Shown here in pieces: positions 13,434 to 26,264 of a stretch of 64,000 bases of DNA (position 1 is the first letter of the stretch; every line of letters begins with the position of its first letter). Location: assembly GCF_001194135.2 (NCBI RefSeq), contig NC_069000.1, positions 23,520,589 through 23,584,588 of the forward strand, given 5' to 3'. This DNA comes from Octopus bimaculoides. Its lineage: Eukaryota. A program made the position numbers and the translations under genes. Under the pieces are notes generated by a model, which saw only the letters and a list, made by a program, of their open reading frames with translations, was not told the origin of the DNA and searched no databases.

Positions 13434-14320
13434 TCTATCGTTGTTATTATTTATCCTATCTAGGGTACTGGTATTCTTGATTGAGTTAGTAGGATTGGTT
13501 GGGTTTACGTTATGGTCTAAAGTATTCGGTTCAATGTTGGAGCTACGTATGTGTTGGGCACTAGTGTATTCACAGTTGTTTTGGTGTATATTTTGATAAT
13601 AGAGAGAAAGTTTTCGTTTATTAGAGGCTGTTATGATAGACTCAAAGTTGGGCAGGGTAAGATAGTTTTAAAGTAGATCTATTAAAGACAGAGTAATATT
13701 TGTGTTGAGAGGGAAGTTGGAGTCTAATATATTAAAAAATGATTTGGCTAAGTTCTTAACATTTAATGAGAAAGGAGGTGTATACCATAGAATTGAGTGT
13801 CCACCACATTTTTTGGTTACTTGGGGGTAGTATAATCTGTATTATTAAAAATCAGAGTGGGGTTATATGGCCCATTTTTGTAAGCTGTTTTAGCTTTTGA
13901 CCTAGTGTTATACGTGTGTGTGGGAGGTCTAAGCTGTCTTAATCTATGTTCTCCCAGGGTTCTAGTATAATGCACATATGGTTTGTTATGATTTTGATGG
14001 TTAGCATGTTGTGGGGATATGACTTGAGATATATGTTGCTTGAGCCTTGTATTACAGACATATTTTATTTGTTGAGAGAAGCTCCTGACAGCGAGCATTT
14101 CTTCAGTGGCTGAGAGGTCAGATATATGAATTGAAATACCCTTAAATATATTATCAAAGGTGGATTTGTAATGATTGAAATTAATGTTTAAGTACTTAAG
14201 GTACTGGTTGGGTTTATGATATGGGGAGTATTAGAAGATTTCTAAGTTTGAAGTAACATCTAAAAAATTAGTGGTTTTATGGGAATTTTCAAAAGTAATG
14301 GATAGGTTGAAGTTAGAGAA
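12890..14320 (-). mobile_element. Penelope-like element, RT thumb plus GIY-YIG endonuclease (degraded)
   Basis: NFLDVTSNL; YSPYHKPNQYLKYLNINFNH; ILWYTPPFSLNVKNLAKSFFNILD; PCNCHPGTICPCGKSNVIYKCTL..IYIGSTINFKQRYTAHLNSF (VIY-YIG, 13140-13300); CKLCL..LLNKYNE. Confidence 0.85.
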
Positions 14321-15060
14321 GATATAATTCTCTGCTTTCACCATTTTCCAATTTTTCCAGGCCTGTCTTTTTGCTTTTATAGAAGTGGCAACTTCCTTGC
14401 TCCACCACCATATCACCCCTTGTCTAGCTGGAACTCTGCAATAATCACAGATTTCGTATGTAGCCCTCAGTAGATTGTCCCATAGGAACTTCCAATTTTC
14501 TTCTAAACTATATGTCCTCAACTCTTCCTCTCGTTTGTCAGAAGATTCCATTAGTAAATCTCTAAATTTTTGTCTGTTTGCTGGGTCTTTGAGCTTCCAT
14601 AGTTTTCTTTTCCAGATTGGTTTATTTCTCCGGATCTTTCTAGCTCTAATTCTGAAGTCACTAACTAGTAACTTATGTTGGGTTGTACACTCTTCACCTG
14701 AGAAAGACTTTTCATTTTTAAGCATCCATCTATCTCGTTGCCTGGTGAGGAGGTAGTCAATCTGACTTATGTGCTCACCAGACTGATAAGCGATTAGGTG
14801 GCTGGCTGGCTGGTTTTTTTGAAATTACTGTTGCATATCATGAGATCATTCGCATCACAGAGCTCCAGCAGTCTTGTTCCCTCCTCATTTCTAGGTCTAA
14901 AGCCATAACCTCCATGGGGATGCTGTCCAACATGTCTATTGAAGTCACCAACCACAATAACAAAGTCTCGTCATTTGTCGTTCAGGTGATCTGCAAAAGG
15001 ACCTCATCAGTCAGCCCAGACTGAAGAGCATAGGCAGGGATAAATGTAACTGTTAATTTA
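14321..15060 (-). mobile_element. RTE LINE fragment: APE endonuclease C-half and linker
   Basis: GDFNRHVG..GGYGF..RNEEGTRLLELCDANDLMICN..HLIAYQSGEHISQIDYLL..ECTTQHKLLVSDF..WWWSKEV. Confidence 0.85.
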
Positions 15061-15841
15061 CTTATGATAAGTCTCATCTTAATTACCCTGTCATATATTC
15101 AGAATACTTCAATGACCTTATCTACCCATTTTCTGCTAACAGTATGCCTACACCACCTACTCCATCCTTCCTGCCAACCCGGAAAAATTTAAATCTCTGT
15201 CGCTTACCCGTGAGGAATCTAGCTGAGGCTCCCCTCCACCTTACTTCTTTCACACCACACACATTAACATGGCATCACTCCATTTCAATAATCTCCCCAC
15301 TCCTTACTTTCATTGTGCCAACATTGATGGTAGCAGTCCTGAGATTGAGTACTTGGGAGTAGTAGCAGCAAGGTAGTTGTGGAAATTTTGTCATCATCTG
15401 AAACGAAGATCTGCGAAAATGCTTGGCAGCTAGCAAAGAGCCTTGATACATAGTTTATTCAGTAAATTGCAATGAATTACAGTTTCCCCCCACCTCATCC
15501 AACATCTAGATCAAGAGCCAACAAGCGGGTATGAGAATAGGATGGTTACATAGGGCAATTTAAGCATTATATCTAAATATTTATATATGAGGTACTTTTA
15601 ACTGTATACAACACTCATCAGGACGCATGTATGAGGGTATAAGGGGTATAAGAGTATAATCAAAATATGTATTCACACACACAGCACAGGAAGTGTATGA
15701 ATCACCAGGTGAAAATGTTAATGTATGAATTAAAATGGACTTGGTTGGGGAGAATGGGTATGCAAAATGGAAACTAAGTTTATGCACCACATAGCTAGAT
15801 GGCCTCAGAAGGAAAGCCATAGTGTTTATATATATATACAC

Positions 15842-15935
15842 ATGTATGTATGTATGTATGTACGTATGTATGTATACTCAAACACACTTACACATGCACA
15901 TAGATATACAGACAGGCTGATGAATAGAGAGATAG

Positions 15936-15966
<31 letters not shown>

Positions 15967-16008
15967 TGTATGTATGTATGTATGTATGTTATATATGTTA
16001 TGTATGTA
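15842..16008. repeat. (TATG)n tetranucleotide arrays
   Basis: Two runs separated by about 75 bp. Confidence 0.95.
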
Positions 16009-17159
16009 TTTTTGTCATTGTTTAATCACAAGTCAGCTCTTATTGAACAGACCAATAATCAAAGGTATTCCAGTTGTGATCGCCCATCTTTTTTTGTATA
16101 TCCATGGATACATTACCTATTGCACCATTCCTTTTATTTAAATATGTTATGATGTGATTTCAGGAAATTTGGTTACTAATTCTCACAGATTGAGTGACTC
16201 TTATGTGCTTATGAAAGCACTCACTAATTTACATTTCCTATTGTTGCTTGCAATAGCAAATTGTTCCTATTTTGTGATATCTACTTATGACTTGATAAAG
16301 TGGGCCATTTGTGAGATAAGTGTATTTGTTTTGGGTATAATGAAGTGCTGGTGACATGATACAAACTGCTGATAGCTTAGCTGTTTGACTAATACTCTAT
16401 GAAACTGGATAGCTCTGCTCTCAGGTAAAGATATGCATCAACTTAATTTATCACACAGTATCATAAATTATCACATAATTTTCATATTATCTCTTGAAAG
16501 GTATTGGATAGCAAAATCAATCAAGCAACAGCCTTGCAGTATTTAATTATGCCTGCATAACCTCTTATTTCAAACCTCACCAAAGTTAAATTTATTTTTC
16601 ATCAATCCAAGGTTGATTGGAAAAGCACCAGTAAAATCAATTATTTTATGTATGCCCTTCCTTCAAATTTGCGACCTTGTGCAAACATAAGAAACCAATC
16701 TTATTACATTTTTTAATGGCATAGACAGTAAAGAAACGGACGCTCCTATGATCATATGACAAGGGCTCTGGCACTGGCAGTGACAAGGAACAAATTCATA
16801 GGTTGTCTTCAAATATTTGCAACAGAGTAGACTTCACAAACAATAGCTAAAGATCCAGCAATGGTGTTAAACTGGACAATGAATTGCATCTACCATTGAA
16901 GAAGAGGTATAATTCATCCAACAGATTTCTGAAAAGTTTTAATTTGCTCCAAACCAGACGCAGAGCATCTTAACAGAGCACTCTAACATGAGTACAAGAT
17001 CACCATGTTTTTCTTCTTAAATGTACAGTTGATGAAATTAACCCCAGTACTAGTACTTTATTTTATCAACCCCAGAAAGGTTAAAAGGTAAATTGACATA
17101 GCTAACTACTAAAGTATAATGCTCAACCAATACAGTCTTAATAAACATCTTGATTTAGG

Positions 17160-17372
17160 TGGAGAACTGGTGGAATCAGTAGCATGCCAGGTAAAATGCT
17201 TGGTGGCATTTCATCTATCTTTACATTCCGAGTTCAAATTCCACTGAAGTCCACATTGCCTTTCATCTTTGTAGGGTCAATAAAATAAGTACCGGTTGCG
17301 CACTGGTGATTGATTTACTCCTCCCTCAGAATTGCTGGCCTTGTGCCAAAATTTGAAACCAATAAATGTCTT
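17160..17372 (+). mobile_element. tRNA-derived SINE family A, older full-length copy
   Basis: Head ggagaactggtggaatcagtagc, B box gagttcaaattcc, tail ttgtgccaaaatttgaaaccaat. Further family-A pieces lie near 740-850, 2400-2650, 17040-17110, 18960-19120, 51130-51250, 54250-54990, 56030-56400, 57570-57770, 58030-58145 and 60340-60510. Confidence 0.8.
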
Positions 17373-19289
17373 GATTTTGTAGGGGAAAAAAAGGAAAAAA
17401 CAGTTCAAAAGAAAGAGAAAAAGAAGAAAGTAAGAAAAGAAAATCTTGTTAAGTGATGGAATGGACTGAGATGGACTAAAGAAAATAAATGGAATTTTTA
17501 AAAAATGATAAATGAAATTTATTTATTTCTGAGAGGAGAAAGAATTAAAAGTGTAAATAACATTGGTGAATGAAACATTGTTGTGATAGTATTGTCAGTA
17601 AGTTAAGTGATGATAATGATGATGATACTGGAGAAAGGGAACATGGATTGTTGATGTTGTTTAGCCCAGAGTGAATCCATATTCAAGAGACCAATAATCA
17701 ATGACATCCCAACTGAAGCCATCTTATGCCTTTATTTTTGGATATAGTATATCTAGAACTCCATTATCTGAAGTGTCTTGCCAATAGTTGCTTCTCCTAA
17801 ACATATGAATATGTTCTCTTGTCTCCTTACCATACCAACTTAATCATTTTATATTCATATCAATAAAACACATTTCATCTTGCAACAAAATGACAATATT
17901 TATGGTATGCCATGGGGCAACAAATGCACAAAAGGTTTCATGAATTTCATGGCCCATTTGTTAGAGGAAAGTTTAGAGCTGAGACTTGATTTAATGTGAC
18001 TAATAAATAGTTGTTATTTACTTTCGGGGTCACCTTGACTGAGCAAGCTTATGACCAAAACAGTTACATCTGTAGTCATTCTGTCCTCTAAAAATAAAGT
18101 TTTTGTATGGCTTAATTAGAGGAAGAAAAGCAGTAGCCTCAACTTTCTCATATCCTTTGAGACTTGTAAGAGAAAGGGAGGAAGTGGACATTAGAATGGT
18201 GACTGGGCCCCAAAAGCTTATTACAGAATGGTCACTACTAAAGGCACCCAAAAGTCAGGTATGGTGTTAAACTGGGAGATGATTTAAATCTTTAAGGGTG
18301 CCTTAGACAACATTATCTAATGCATCCTTCCTTGTTTATTAGGTAAGTTTTAGAAAGATTTAGCTACTGTTTCCAGAAAGGCATGTAACCATCTAGAGGC
18401 TTTCTCTTTGGTTTGTATCAAGTAAACAGTTGTTGTCATTGTATAGCCCAAGGTTAACCCCATTTAAGCAAACCTATGATCAATGGCATTCCATACAGGA
18501 CTATTCCAACTGTATATTAGACAATGTACACATTGCTTATTTTTAAGGTAGTACGGTGTGATTTGAAGGAGATATTACTACTATTTGTAGCATGAGCAAC
18601 CACTTGTAGATTCCTTTGTTATGGCTACACTTATACACCTGACAACATCAACAATTTTACAACCAAAGTAAGATTGTGAATCTGAATTCTTTTTTAAATA
18701 TATATATTACTGAAATTTTTAAAATGTGTCTGATCTTCAATCTTGATCCTACAATAACATCTTGTTATTAGGAATTAGTAGTTCTGCTCCACCTTTAAGA
18801 AGACATGAGTAAGGTATACTTCCACTTGAAAGAATGACTTATGAAACCAGTCCTAAAATTGCCATGCCATACATTGCCAAAATGTATTTGAAGTTGTAAC
18901 TTCAGTAGTATTATTTTATATCCTAAGGGTGGTGGATTAAGAGATTCATTACATCATCAAACAAAATACCTACTGGTATTTCTTTCAGCACTGCTGAGTT
19001 CAACTTTACCTTTCATCTCTCTGGAGCTAATAAAATAAATTACCAGTCAAATACTGATGTCAATGGTATCAACTAACATTCCTGCTCCTCAAAACTGTTG
19101 GTCTTGTGCCTAAATTAGAAATAATTATATAATCTAAGGTCAGTTCTGATTAAGCAAGACTATGATCAAAGTTGTGTCAGCCATAAAACATTTTTGTTCA
19201 TACATCTTCTTTAGCTGTCCATCATAAACATGTCCTGCAAACATATTACTCCCTGTACAGCTACAATGAAGTAATGAGGGCCCCCATGC

Positions 19290-19440
19290 TAACCATACCA
19301 GTATGGTGCAGGACCTCTACATCAGGAATATGATCCTGCCATCTGATGTGTTAGATGGTGCTCAGATGACAAAGTTGGATTTGTTTCAGGGCCTCGATGT
19401 GTGGCATAGAGGAGGCAAGGGAGCACTGCGGTACTGTACA
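19290..19440 (-). mobile_element. Small RTE/BovB-like post-RT fragment
   Basis: VYSTAVLPCLLYA..HIEALKQIQLCHLSTI*HIRWQDHIPDVEVL. Confidence 0.45.
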
Positions 19441-19732
19441 CTTTTATCTTTTTGTTGCAGGCAATGTCATGGCAGCTCTATAGACATTTCTCTTCTATAG
19501 TACATCAGAGAATATATCGCCCAATGCGTCCTTCCATTTTAAGATACTAGATGTGATTTGAAGATGATTTGACTGCTATTTCTAGCATGCTGAGAAACTA
19601 CAAAGCAGCACCCTCATTGACTCGTGACTATTGTGTATTGGTGGCTATAGCTGTTTAGTTGTTGTTTAGCTCCAGATAAGTCCTGATCAAGTGGACCAAT
19701 GATCAAAGATGTTCCAGCTATGGTTGTCTTGT

Positions 19733-21468
19733 ATCATCATCGTTGTTTAACATCAGCTTTCCATGCTGGTATGGGTTGGACGGTTTGACTGAGGGCTGGC
19801 AAGCCAGAAGGCTGCACCAGGCTCCAATCTGATCTGACAAAGCTTCTACAGCTGGATGCCCTTCCTAACGCCAACCACTCCGAGAGTGTAGGGGGTACTT
19901 TTTACCTGCCACCGGCATGAGGGCCAGTCCGGTGGTACTGGCATTGACCACGCTTGAATGGTGCTTTTTATGTGCCACTGGCATGGGAACCATTCAGATG
20001 GCACTAACAATGACCACGCTCAAATGGTGCTTTTTACGTGCCATCGGCACAGGTGCCAGTCAGGTGGTACTGGTATTGGTCACGACAATGACTTCACTTG
20101 ACTCAACAGGGCCTCGCAAGTACAGTTTATTGCTCAATGATTGAAGGGTGCTCTTAAATGGGCCAGTTATGCTGCATTGGCTCACTTGGCTTGCCAGGTC
20201 TTCTCAAGCACAGCAAATCTCCAAAGGTTTCAGTCACTTGTTATCACCTCTGTGAAGCCCAACATTCAAAGGTTGTGCTTCACCACCTCATCCCAGGTTT
20301 TCCTGGGTTTACCTCTTCCACAGGTTCCCTCTACTGCTAGGGTGTGACACTTTTTTACATAGCTGTCCTCATCCATATGCAACACATGACCATAGCAGCG
20401 CAGTCATCTCTCTTGCACACCACATCTCATGCTTCTTATGTTCAACTTTTCTCTCAGGGTTCTTCCACTCTGTTGTGTATGCACACTGACATTACACATC
20501 CAATGAAGTGTACTAGCTTCATTCCTTGCAAGCTTACACGTGTCCTCAGCAGTCACGGCCCATGTTTCACTACCATGTAGCATGGCTGTTCACACACATG
20601 CTTCATACAGTCTACCTTTTACTCTGAGCAAGAGGGCCTTCATCACCAGCAGAAGTAGGAGCTCTCTAAACTTTTCCCAACCTATTCTTATTCTAGCAGC
20701 TACACTCTCAGAGCATCCACCTCTGCTACTGACTTGGTCACTTAGGTAATGGAAGCTATCAACTACTTCTAGTTTTTCACCCTGGAATGTGACAGAAGCT
20801 GTTTTCTGCACATTTTCAATGTTTATTGCCCCTGAGAATTTGCCACACACAACAACTATCTTCCCTGTTAGCCTTCCTTTGATATTGCTGCACTGCTTAT
20901 GTGCCCATAGCTTACACTGGGTACATCTTATAGCGTTTCTACTTGCACCTTTTCTACAGATCGATCAGGATCATCTACCTGAAGGGATTTGTGATTTGTC
21001 TGCCTTCCTACTTATTAAGACTTTGGTTTTTGCTAGATTGACTCTAAGACCCTTTGATTCTAGATCTTGCTTCTACACCTGAAACTTCTCTAGTTCTGAT
21101 AGTGACTCAGCTATTAGAGCAAGGTCATAGGCATAGAAAACCTCCCAGGGGCATCCTGTCTTGAATTCCTCTGTTATTGCCTGGAGGACTATGATGAATA
21201 AGCGGGGACTGAGGACTGATCCTTGGTGGACCCCTACCCCTACCCAGAATTCTTCACTATACTCATTGCCAACCCTCACCTTACTGACAGCATCCCTGTA
21301 CATGGCATATAAAGCTCTCACTAACCACTCATCTATCCCTAGTTTCTGCATTGACCACCAGATAAGGGATCAGGGGACCCTGTCAAAGGCTTTCTCCATG
21401 TTAATAAAAGCCAGGCATAGAGATTTATCTTTGGCTAGGTATTTCTCCTGCAGCTGTCTTACCAGAAA
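19733..21468 (-). mobile_element. 5'-truncated RTE LINE (RT domain to 3' UTR and (GAT)n tail)
   Basis: FLVRQLQEKY..FINMEKAFDRVP; GVHQGSVLSP..YAYDLALI; VDSFHYLSDQV..ARIRIGWEKFREL. The 3' UTR is ..ggttggcgttaggaagggcatccagc..ccatgcnagcatggaaa..atgatga. Confidence 0.92.
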
Positions 21469-22357
21469 CGCCACAACTATCCCTTTCTTTGCCTCCTCCG
21501 GCTCCTCCAACCATGCCCTTTTCACCCTGGTCAGTGTGTCTGCCCTGTTTCTTTTCGAAAGCACAAAAACCACGTTCAGCTTCAGTCTGAACTCCAAGAT
21601 GGCGCTTCACCAACATCTCCGCAGCACCTTTCGTCCGAACTCTACTCTCACCAGTGATCACCGATCCTACCCACCCAAGCACAGTGGCCGAATCCGTCTG
21701 GATTTCGATTGAGCACAGCCCCAATTTCAGGGCCAAGTTCACCCCCTTCAGCACCGCGTCTAATTCAGCAACATTGATGTGGTTAAAATCGTCTGCTTTC
21801 CGAAGCAAGGCCGCATCCTACACCTCAGCGCCTTCAATCTCCAACACAACCCCTATTGCTATACTGCTAGCATCCAGTGTTTTGCGTCAACACGCGAGCT
21901 TGAGTCACAAGTTCGCTCAGTGCCATCTTTTTGCTCCCAGGCAATTGCTGCAGTCGAATCCCTACGTTGTCAGGGAACCCATTTACGAACGGCAGTCGCA
22001 CTGCTTTGTCCAGGCCTTCTCCCATAAACCCAGCCTACACACCTCCACCACATATTCATCCACCTGCTCTCCCATCCATCTAATTGTTCCTAGCTTAACA
22101 AAGTCTGTATATTCACACTCGGTGTAAGCCTCTCTCAGATGTCACTCAATATTCTCCTCACTCAATCTTTCCTTCTCGTCCATCTCGAGATATAGAGTCA
22201 AAGCGCTTCCTTCCAAATATAGTGCCATAAGGCTCACCATGTCGCTAATGCCTTGCAATCTCATCACAAGCCTGATTTTATGCATCTAGGCCACTACATC
22301 GCCATCACCATTAAAGGGCCTGATAATGTCGCTGGTGATCCTAATTTTAGGTGCCAT
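21469..22357 (-). mobile_element. LTR retrotransposon internal region: gag joined to RNase H (protease and RT deleted)
   Basis: MAPKIRITSDIIRPFNGDGDVVA..LYLEGSALTLYLEM..RWMGEQVDEY..FVNGFPD..LQQLP..QARVL, then directly GVVLEIEG..LRKADDFNHINVAELDAVLKGVNLAL..TDSATV..KRNRADTLTRV. Confidence 0.85.
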
Positions 22358-22657
22358 TGTAGTGACGTCTTATTTGGATTGCCGAAATAGCTTGTGGTGT
22401 ATGCAGGAGATTAGAAATAAGACACCTACCTTCTCTTCATCGACACAGACCTCTCCGGTGGTAATGCACCCTTCCACATGGCCCGAACTGAACACTAAAA
22501 ATAGCAGCTGCTGTCCCTCACCTTGTCGAAGCGTTCACATGTCCAGCGCTCTTGGCTACCCCGATTGAAAAGACCCAATCGTCCCCTGCCTGCGCACGTG
22601 TCACCTACACACCCTTGCTCTTCTGGTCAGCTCCCCAGCTGCTGACGTCATCCCACA
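22358..22657 (-). mobile_element. 5' LTR (300 bp, TG...CA) of the LTR retrotransposon
   Basis: The minus strand starts TGTGGGATGACGTCA and ends AAGACGTCACTACA (imperfect terminal inverted repeats), immediately upstream of gag. Confidence 0.8.
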
Positions 22658-22672
22658 GTATATACATTATTA

Positions 22673-23640
22673 TCAGTGAGACTTCTGCTGCATCACTGAT
22701 GATAGAGATTTTATATCGGGTTTATATTTCATAACTTTCAGAGATATGCATGCACTACTAGTTTCATCCATCAGGTTACTCCTATTAGAAGACTTAAAGT
22801 GTATCACTGAGAACAAAGATTCACAGGCATGTGCTGATGAAAACGTGGATATTAGTGTTGTTGCAAAGCTTTTTATATTGGAAAAATTTTCTGGAATGGC
22901 ATTCCTAGTCCTTAACAATTTGTTTTCTGCACTCCTCTCTGGTACCCCTGTTTCTGATTGTGTTTTTCTTTTTTCAATATTTTCTAAGTCAGCCCTGAGG
23001 TCAATATATTTTTGCTTCCAAAGTGAGCTACTTTGAAATTCAATCAATTGCATTTTAAAATTAACCATGTCTATCCATGAAAACAGTTGTAAGTTTAGTT
23101 CTTCCAGTCTGATAATGTCTGGAAATTTCATGAATTTTACTGATTCTTCCAGTTCCCTGAATTTAGCAAACCTTGTAAAAAACTGCTCGACAGTTGACTC
23201 GATGTTTACAAACAGTTTTTGAAGACATTGACACTCTGTTCTGTCATCTTTGACAGATCATTGACATACCTCTTTAGGTTTGGGAAGAATCTAAATCTCT
23301 CATTGTCCACATCCCATATTTCATTTCAAAAGCCTTTATGTAACCAAACATGACATCAAGTGTCTTACCAGAGCCTTGTAATTTAACATTCAAGTCATTC
23401 AAATGTTCACAAAAATCTACAAAAAACACCAGTTTACAAACCCACATGATGTCAGACAATTCTTGATAAGAATCATATTGGTCATTCAAAAAGAGCTTTA
23501 TCTCATTTAAGCATTCAACAAATCATTTCAGAACCAAACCTCAGCTAAGCCATCAAACATTGTTGTATATTTTCAGTCCTTTATACACAAATTCTATCTG
23601 ATTCTACAAGAATACAGCATAATGATGATGTCACTGCTGT
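22673..23640 (-). mobile_element. hAT transposase (GTF2IRD2/SPIN/Charlie-like), C-terminal half, degraded
   Basis: WLS*GLVLK..ECLNEIKLFL; KLVFFVDFCEHLNDLNVKLQG; hATC motif FSSAHACESLFS; ends QQKSH*. Confidence 0.85.
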
Positions 23641-23759
23641 AGCACACATAGAGAGAAATTTTGAATAAGTAGGTGAGGTGGTTGTCTTGTCAATGAATAC
23701 CAGTTGTGGAGGCTGAAACCAAAACACTGGTTGGGTCTGGGAGGCGATCATTAAATAAA

Positions 23760-24950
23760 GGTAGGCCTAATTTGTAATGTAAAATGTATCTGAGCGATAA
23801 AAAGTCGCTATATACTATTGAGAGAAAGACGTTAAATGGAGGGTTACTAGAGAGAGGGTTTCACATGCCAGAAACAAGTTATTGGTGTGCCATGTTTGGC
23901 ATGCATACCAGGGATTGCCCACCCCTACCCTAGGCATTATGAACATCCACGATGTACTCACAAAACTTTTTGCACAAAATGATGATCTGTTTTACCTAAG
24001 TATAGAGTACCACAGAACTTTCAAGCTATGTTGTATATTAGGTTTGAGGAGATGCCATCAAAGTAATCATTCATGTTAACACTAATTAAGGGTCTACTGG
24101 GAAATAAACAAATAATTCAAGCATTGAGATTGAGAACATGTGGAATTGCTGGATTGATTGTGTTAGGGAGGGAGAAGTGGAAGAACTAATGACCAGAAGA
24201 TCACAAAAGCTTTTATTCTTTTTGAAGGATAAGAGTGGAGGTGCAGGAAAAATAGATGCAGATGTGGGGCTAGATAGCAGAAAGTGGAAGTTGCAAAGAA
24301 GGTTGTGCTGAAATTATCAAGTAACAGAATGGAAGTTGAGGAATAAGAATCCAGACTGCAAGATGGAAGGTGCATAACATGAATATGGTAGTACAGCCAA
24401 TAGATTGGTCTTGATGAAAGGTATAGTGAAAATGCTGAGAGTAACCACATAAGAAGCAAAAATAGTGTATTTATTTTGCAACAATGTCTGTCTTTGGTGC
24501 AGAGGAAATCGAGCCAAAGGAATTGTGAGAAGGAAATGACAGATTAGGTGGCAATGGGATGCAATAAAGAGCGGTTGTGTGGTAAGAAATTTAGAGAGAC
24601 CTGAAGGGGAAAAAATGATTTGAAAAGATGGAAAACATGGTTAGTATCTTTGATATAGGTTGGAAGGGCAGTGACAAAGGGGACAAGTTCATTAAGATAA
24701 CTGCAAGTGGTGACAATAGGACAACCAGGAGAGTTTGGTTGTGGATTTGAAGGAGGAAGTAGTCCAAAGTGTGAGGTATTTTGAGCATGAGGTTCATAGG
24801 AGCAGAAAAAAGTAGAGATGCAGAGACTTGCTTTTGCTTTGCAAGGGTACTTGATAAAATTGGTAGTTGTAAAGTTCACAGAAGTTTCCTTCTTCTAGAG
24901 ACTATCAATGCCAAACTATTTCTGTTCTTTGTCTTGCTGGTACAGACTTG
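23760..24950 (-). mobile_element. Second, distinct Penelope-like RT remnant
   Basis: LLPPSNPQPNSPGCPIV..TALPTYIKDTNHVFHLF (cf. LLPKIHKP..GRPIV..LPSYIKDT); SSNPPFNVFLSIVYSDFLSLRYI (cf. SSHP..SIPYSQFLRLRRI). Confidence 0.6.
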
Positions 24951-26264
24951 ATGGAGTGTGATAAACTCCAGAGGAGAGATGTTAAAGAGCTCCAGTCACT
25001 TTTAGAAGTTGAAACTATATCTGTATTGATGACATTTGTGTAGGAACAGGTCAGAAGAATTGTATTGGTCCAAGTTATGCCTCCAATTAGAACAACATTA
25101 CTTGAGCTGTGACATCAAGGAATGCATTACCCAGTTGTGAAAGAAAGCCCTCAAATGAGTATGTTAAAGGAACTCTTCAGTCTCAGTGCATAATCAGATA
25201 ACCTCTTCAACCTTTCTCTGTCACCATGTCATTCTATGCAGTTTATACGGTTGCAACTCTTGCATCTCCTCACTAAAGTTCTGCCACTGCTTACCCTACA
25301 TTGAACATGTTCTCATGTTCTTTTTGTGACAACTCTACCATTTCTTCTATGAGCTCTAAATGACTCAGTCTGGACTATGATACCTCACTTCCCTACTGCT
25401 TACTTTCCTTTCTCTCTAATCCCAAACGTGCCTACTCAATAGCTTAGTACTTCCATCATCTTAATCAACAGCACTTTGATCTCTTATCAACACCAAACTA
25501 CTCTACTGGTCTCCCTCTCACCATTCCCATACTTAATATACTGCTACATATAGTCATTTTACATAGCAACACAGGAGATTACACACTCTGTATTGACAGA
25601 AAGCACTTATCTGTGTATGTTGAAGGAACTGCTTAATTTTGGTACGTGTTTGGAACTGTTGTGTATATGAGTGGAAAGCATTGGAGACCCTGAGTGCTCC
25701 ATGTCTGCACACAACATACATGACTGCTTGGTTGAATGTGTTGTGTGGAGTCTGTACATGCACTTCACATGACTATACAGACAATATGTGGAATACATGT
25801 AGTTCCAGCTGGCAGTGTTCTATTTTTATTATTTTTGCCTTGCAGATCTGTTTGTGTCAACTTATATTCACACATGAACACACACATATACATATGTAAA
25901 TGTGTGCAGAAGTGGTGTGACATCACATCCATATTTGTGTACATACTGTTGTGTTGAATATGCTGCGTACAGTTTGTATATAGACTGCTCACATGATTGT
26001 ACACACTATACTCTTTCTCATGGAGTTCTTGCAGTTAGTGTACTTAGTTAATTTCCAACTTTTATTATCTCAACTCTTTGTCTCTCTTCCTTTCCACCTC
26101 TCACCAAAATCTACCACACTTTTCTAGATGATTTTCTTTATAATTTTGACCACTCTTTAAGGTTCACGGCTCTCTTTACTTTCTTCACACCCTGTTCTTT
26201 AGTTCCAACTGTTTGCTAATTTTCTTTCCGTCAACCACCCCACTTACTTGAGCACTATACATAA

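Noticed and set aside
15590-15640. CTGATGAG on the minus strand near Penelope-like remnants, as a hammerhead ribozyme
   Set aside because: No CGAAA core or convincing stems II and III follow.
18030-18251. 73-aa minus-strand ORF as an exon of the unknown partner gene
   Set aside because: No recognisable domain, and only weak splice sites (donor GTGACC).
25295-25360. Possible minus-strand exon ending TAGG|GTAAGC (ELIEEMVELSQKEHENMFNV)
   Set aside because: The acceptor is weak and the peptide may be decayed LINE sequence. It cannot be supported without transcripts.
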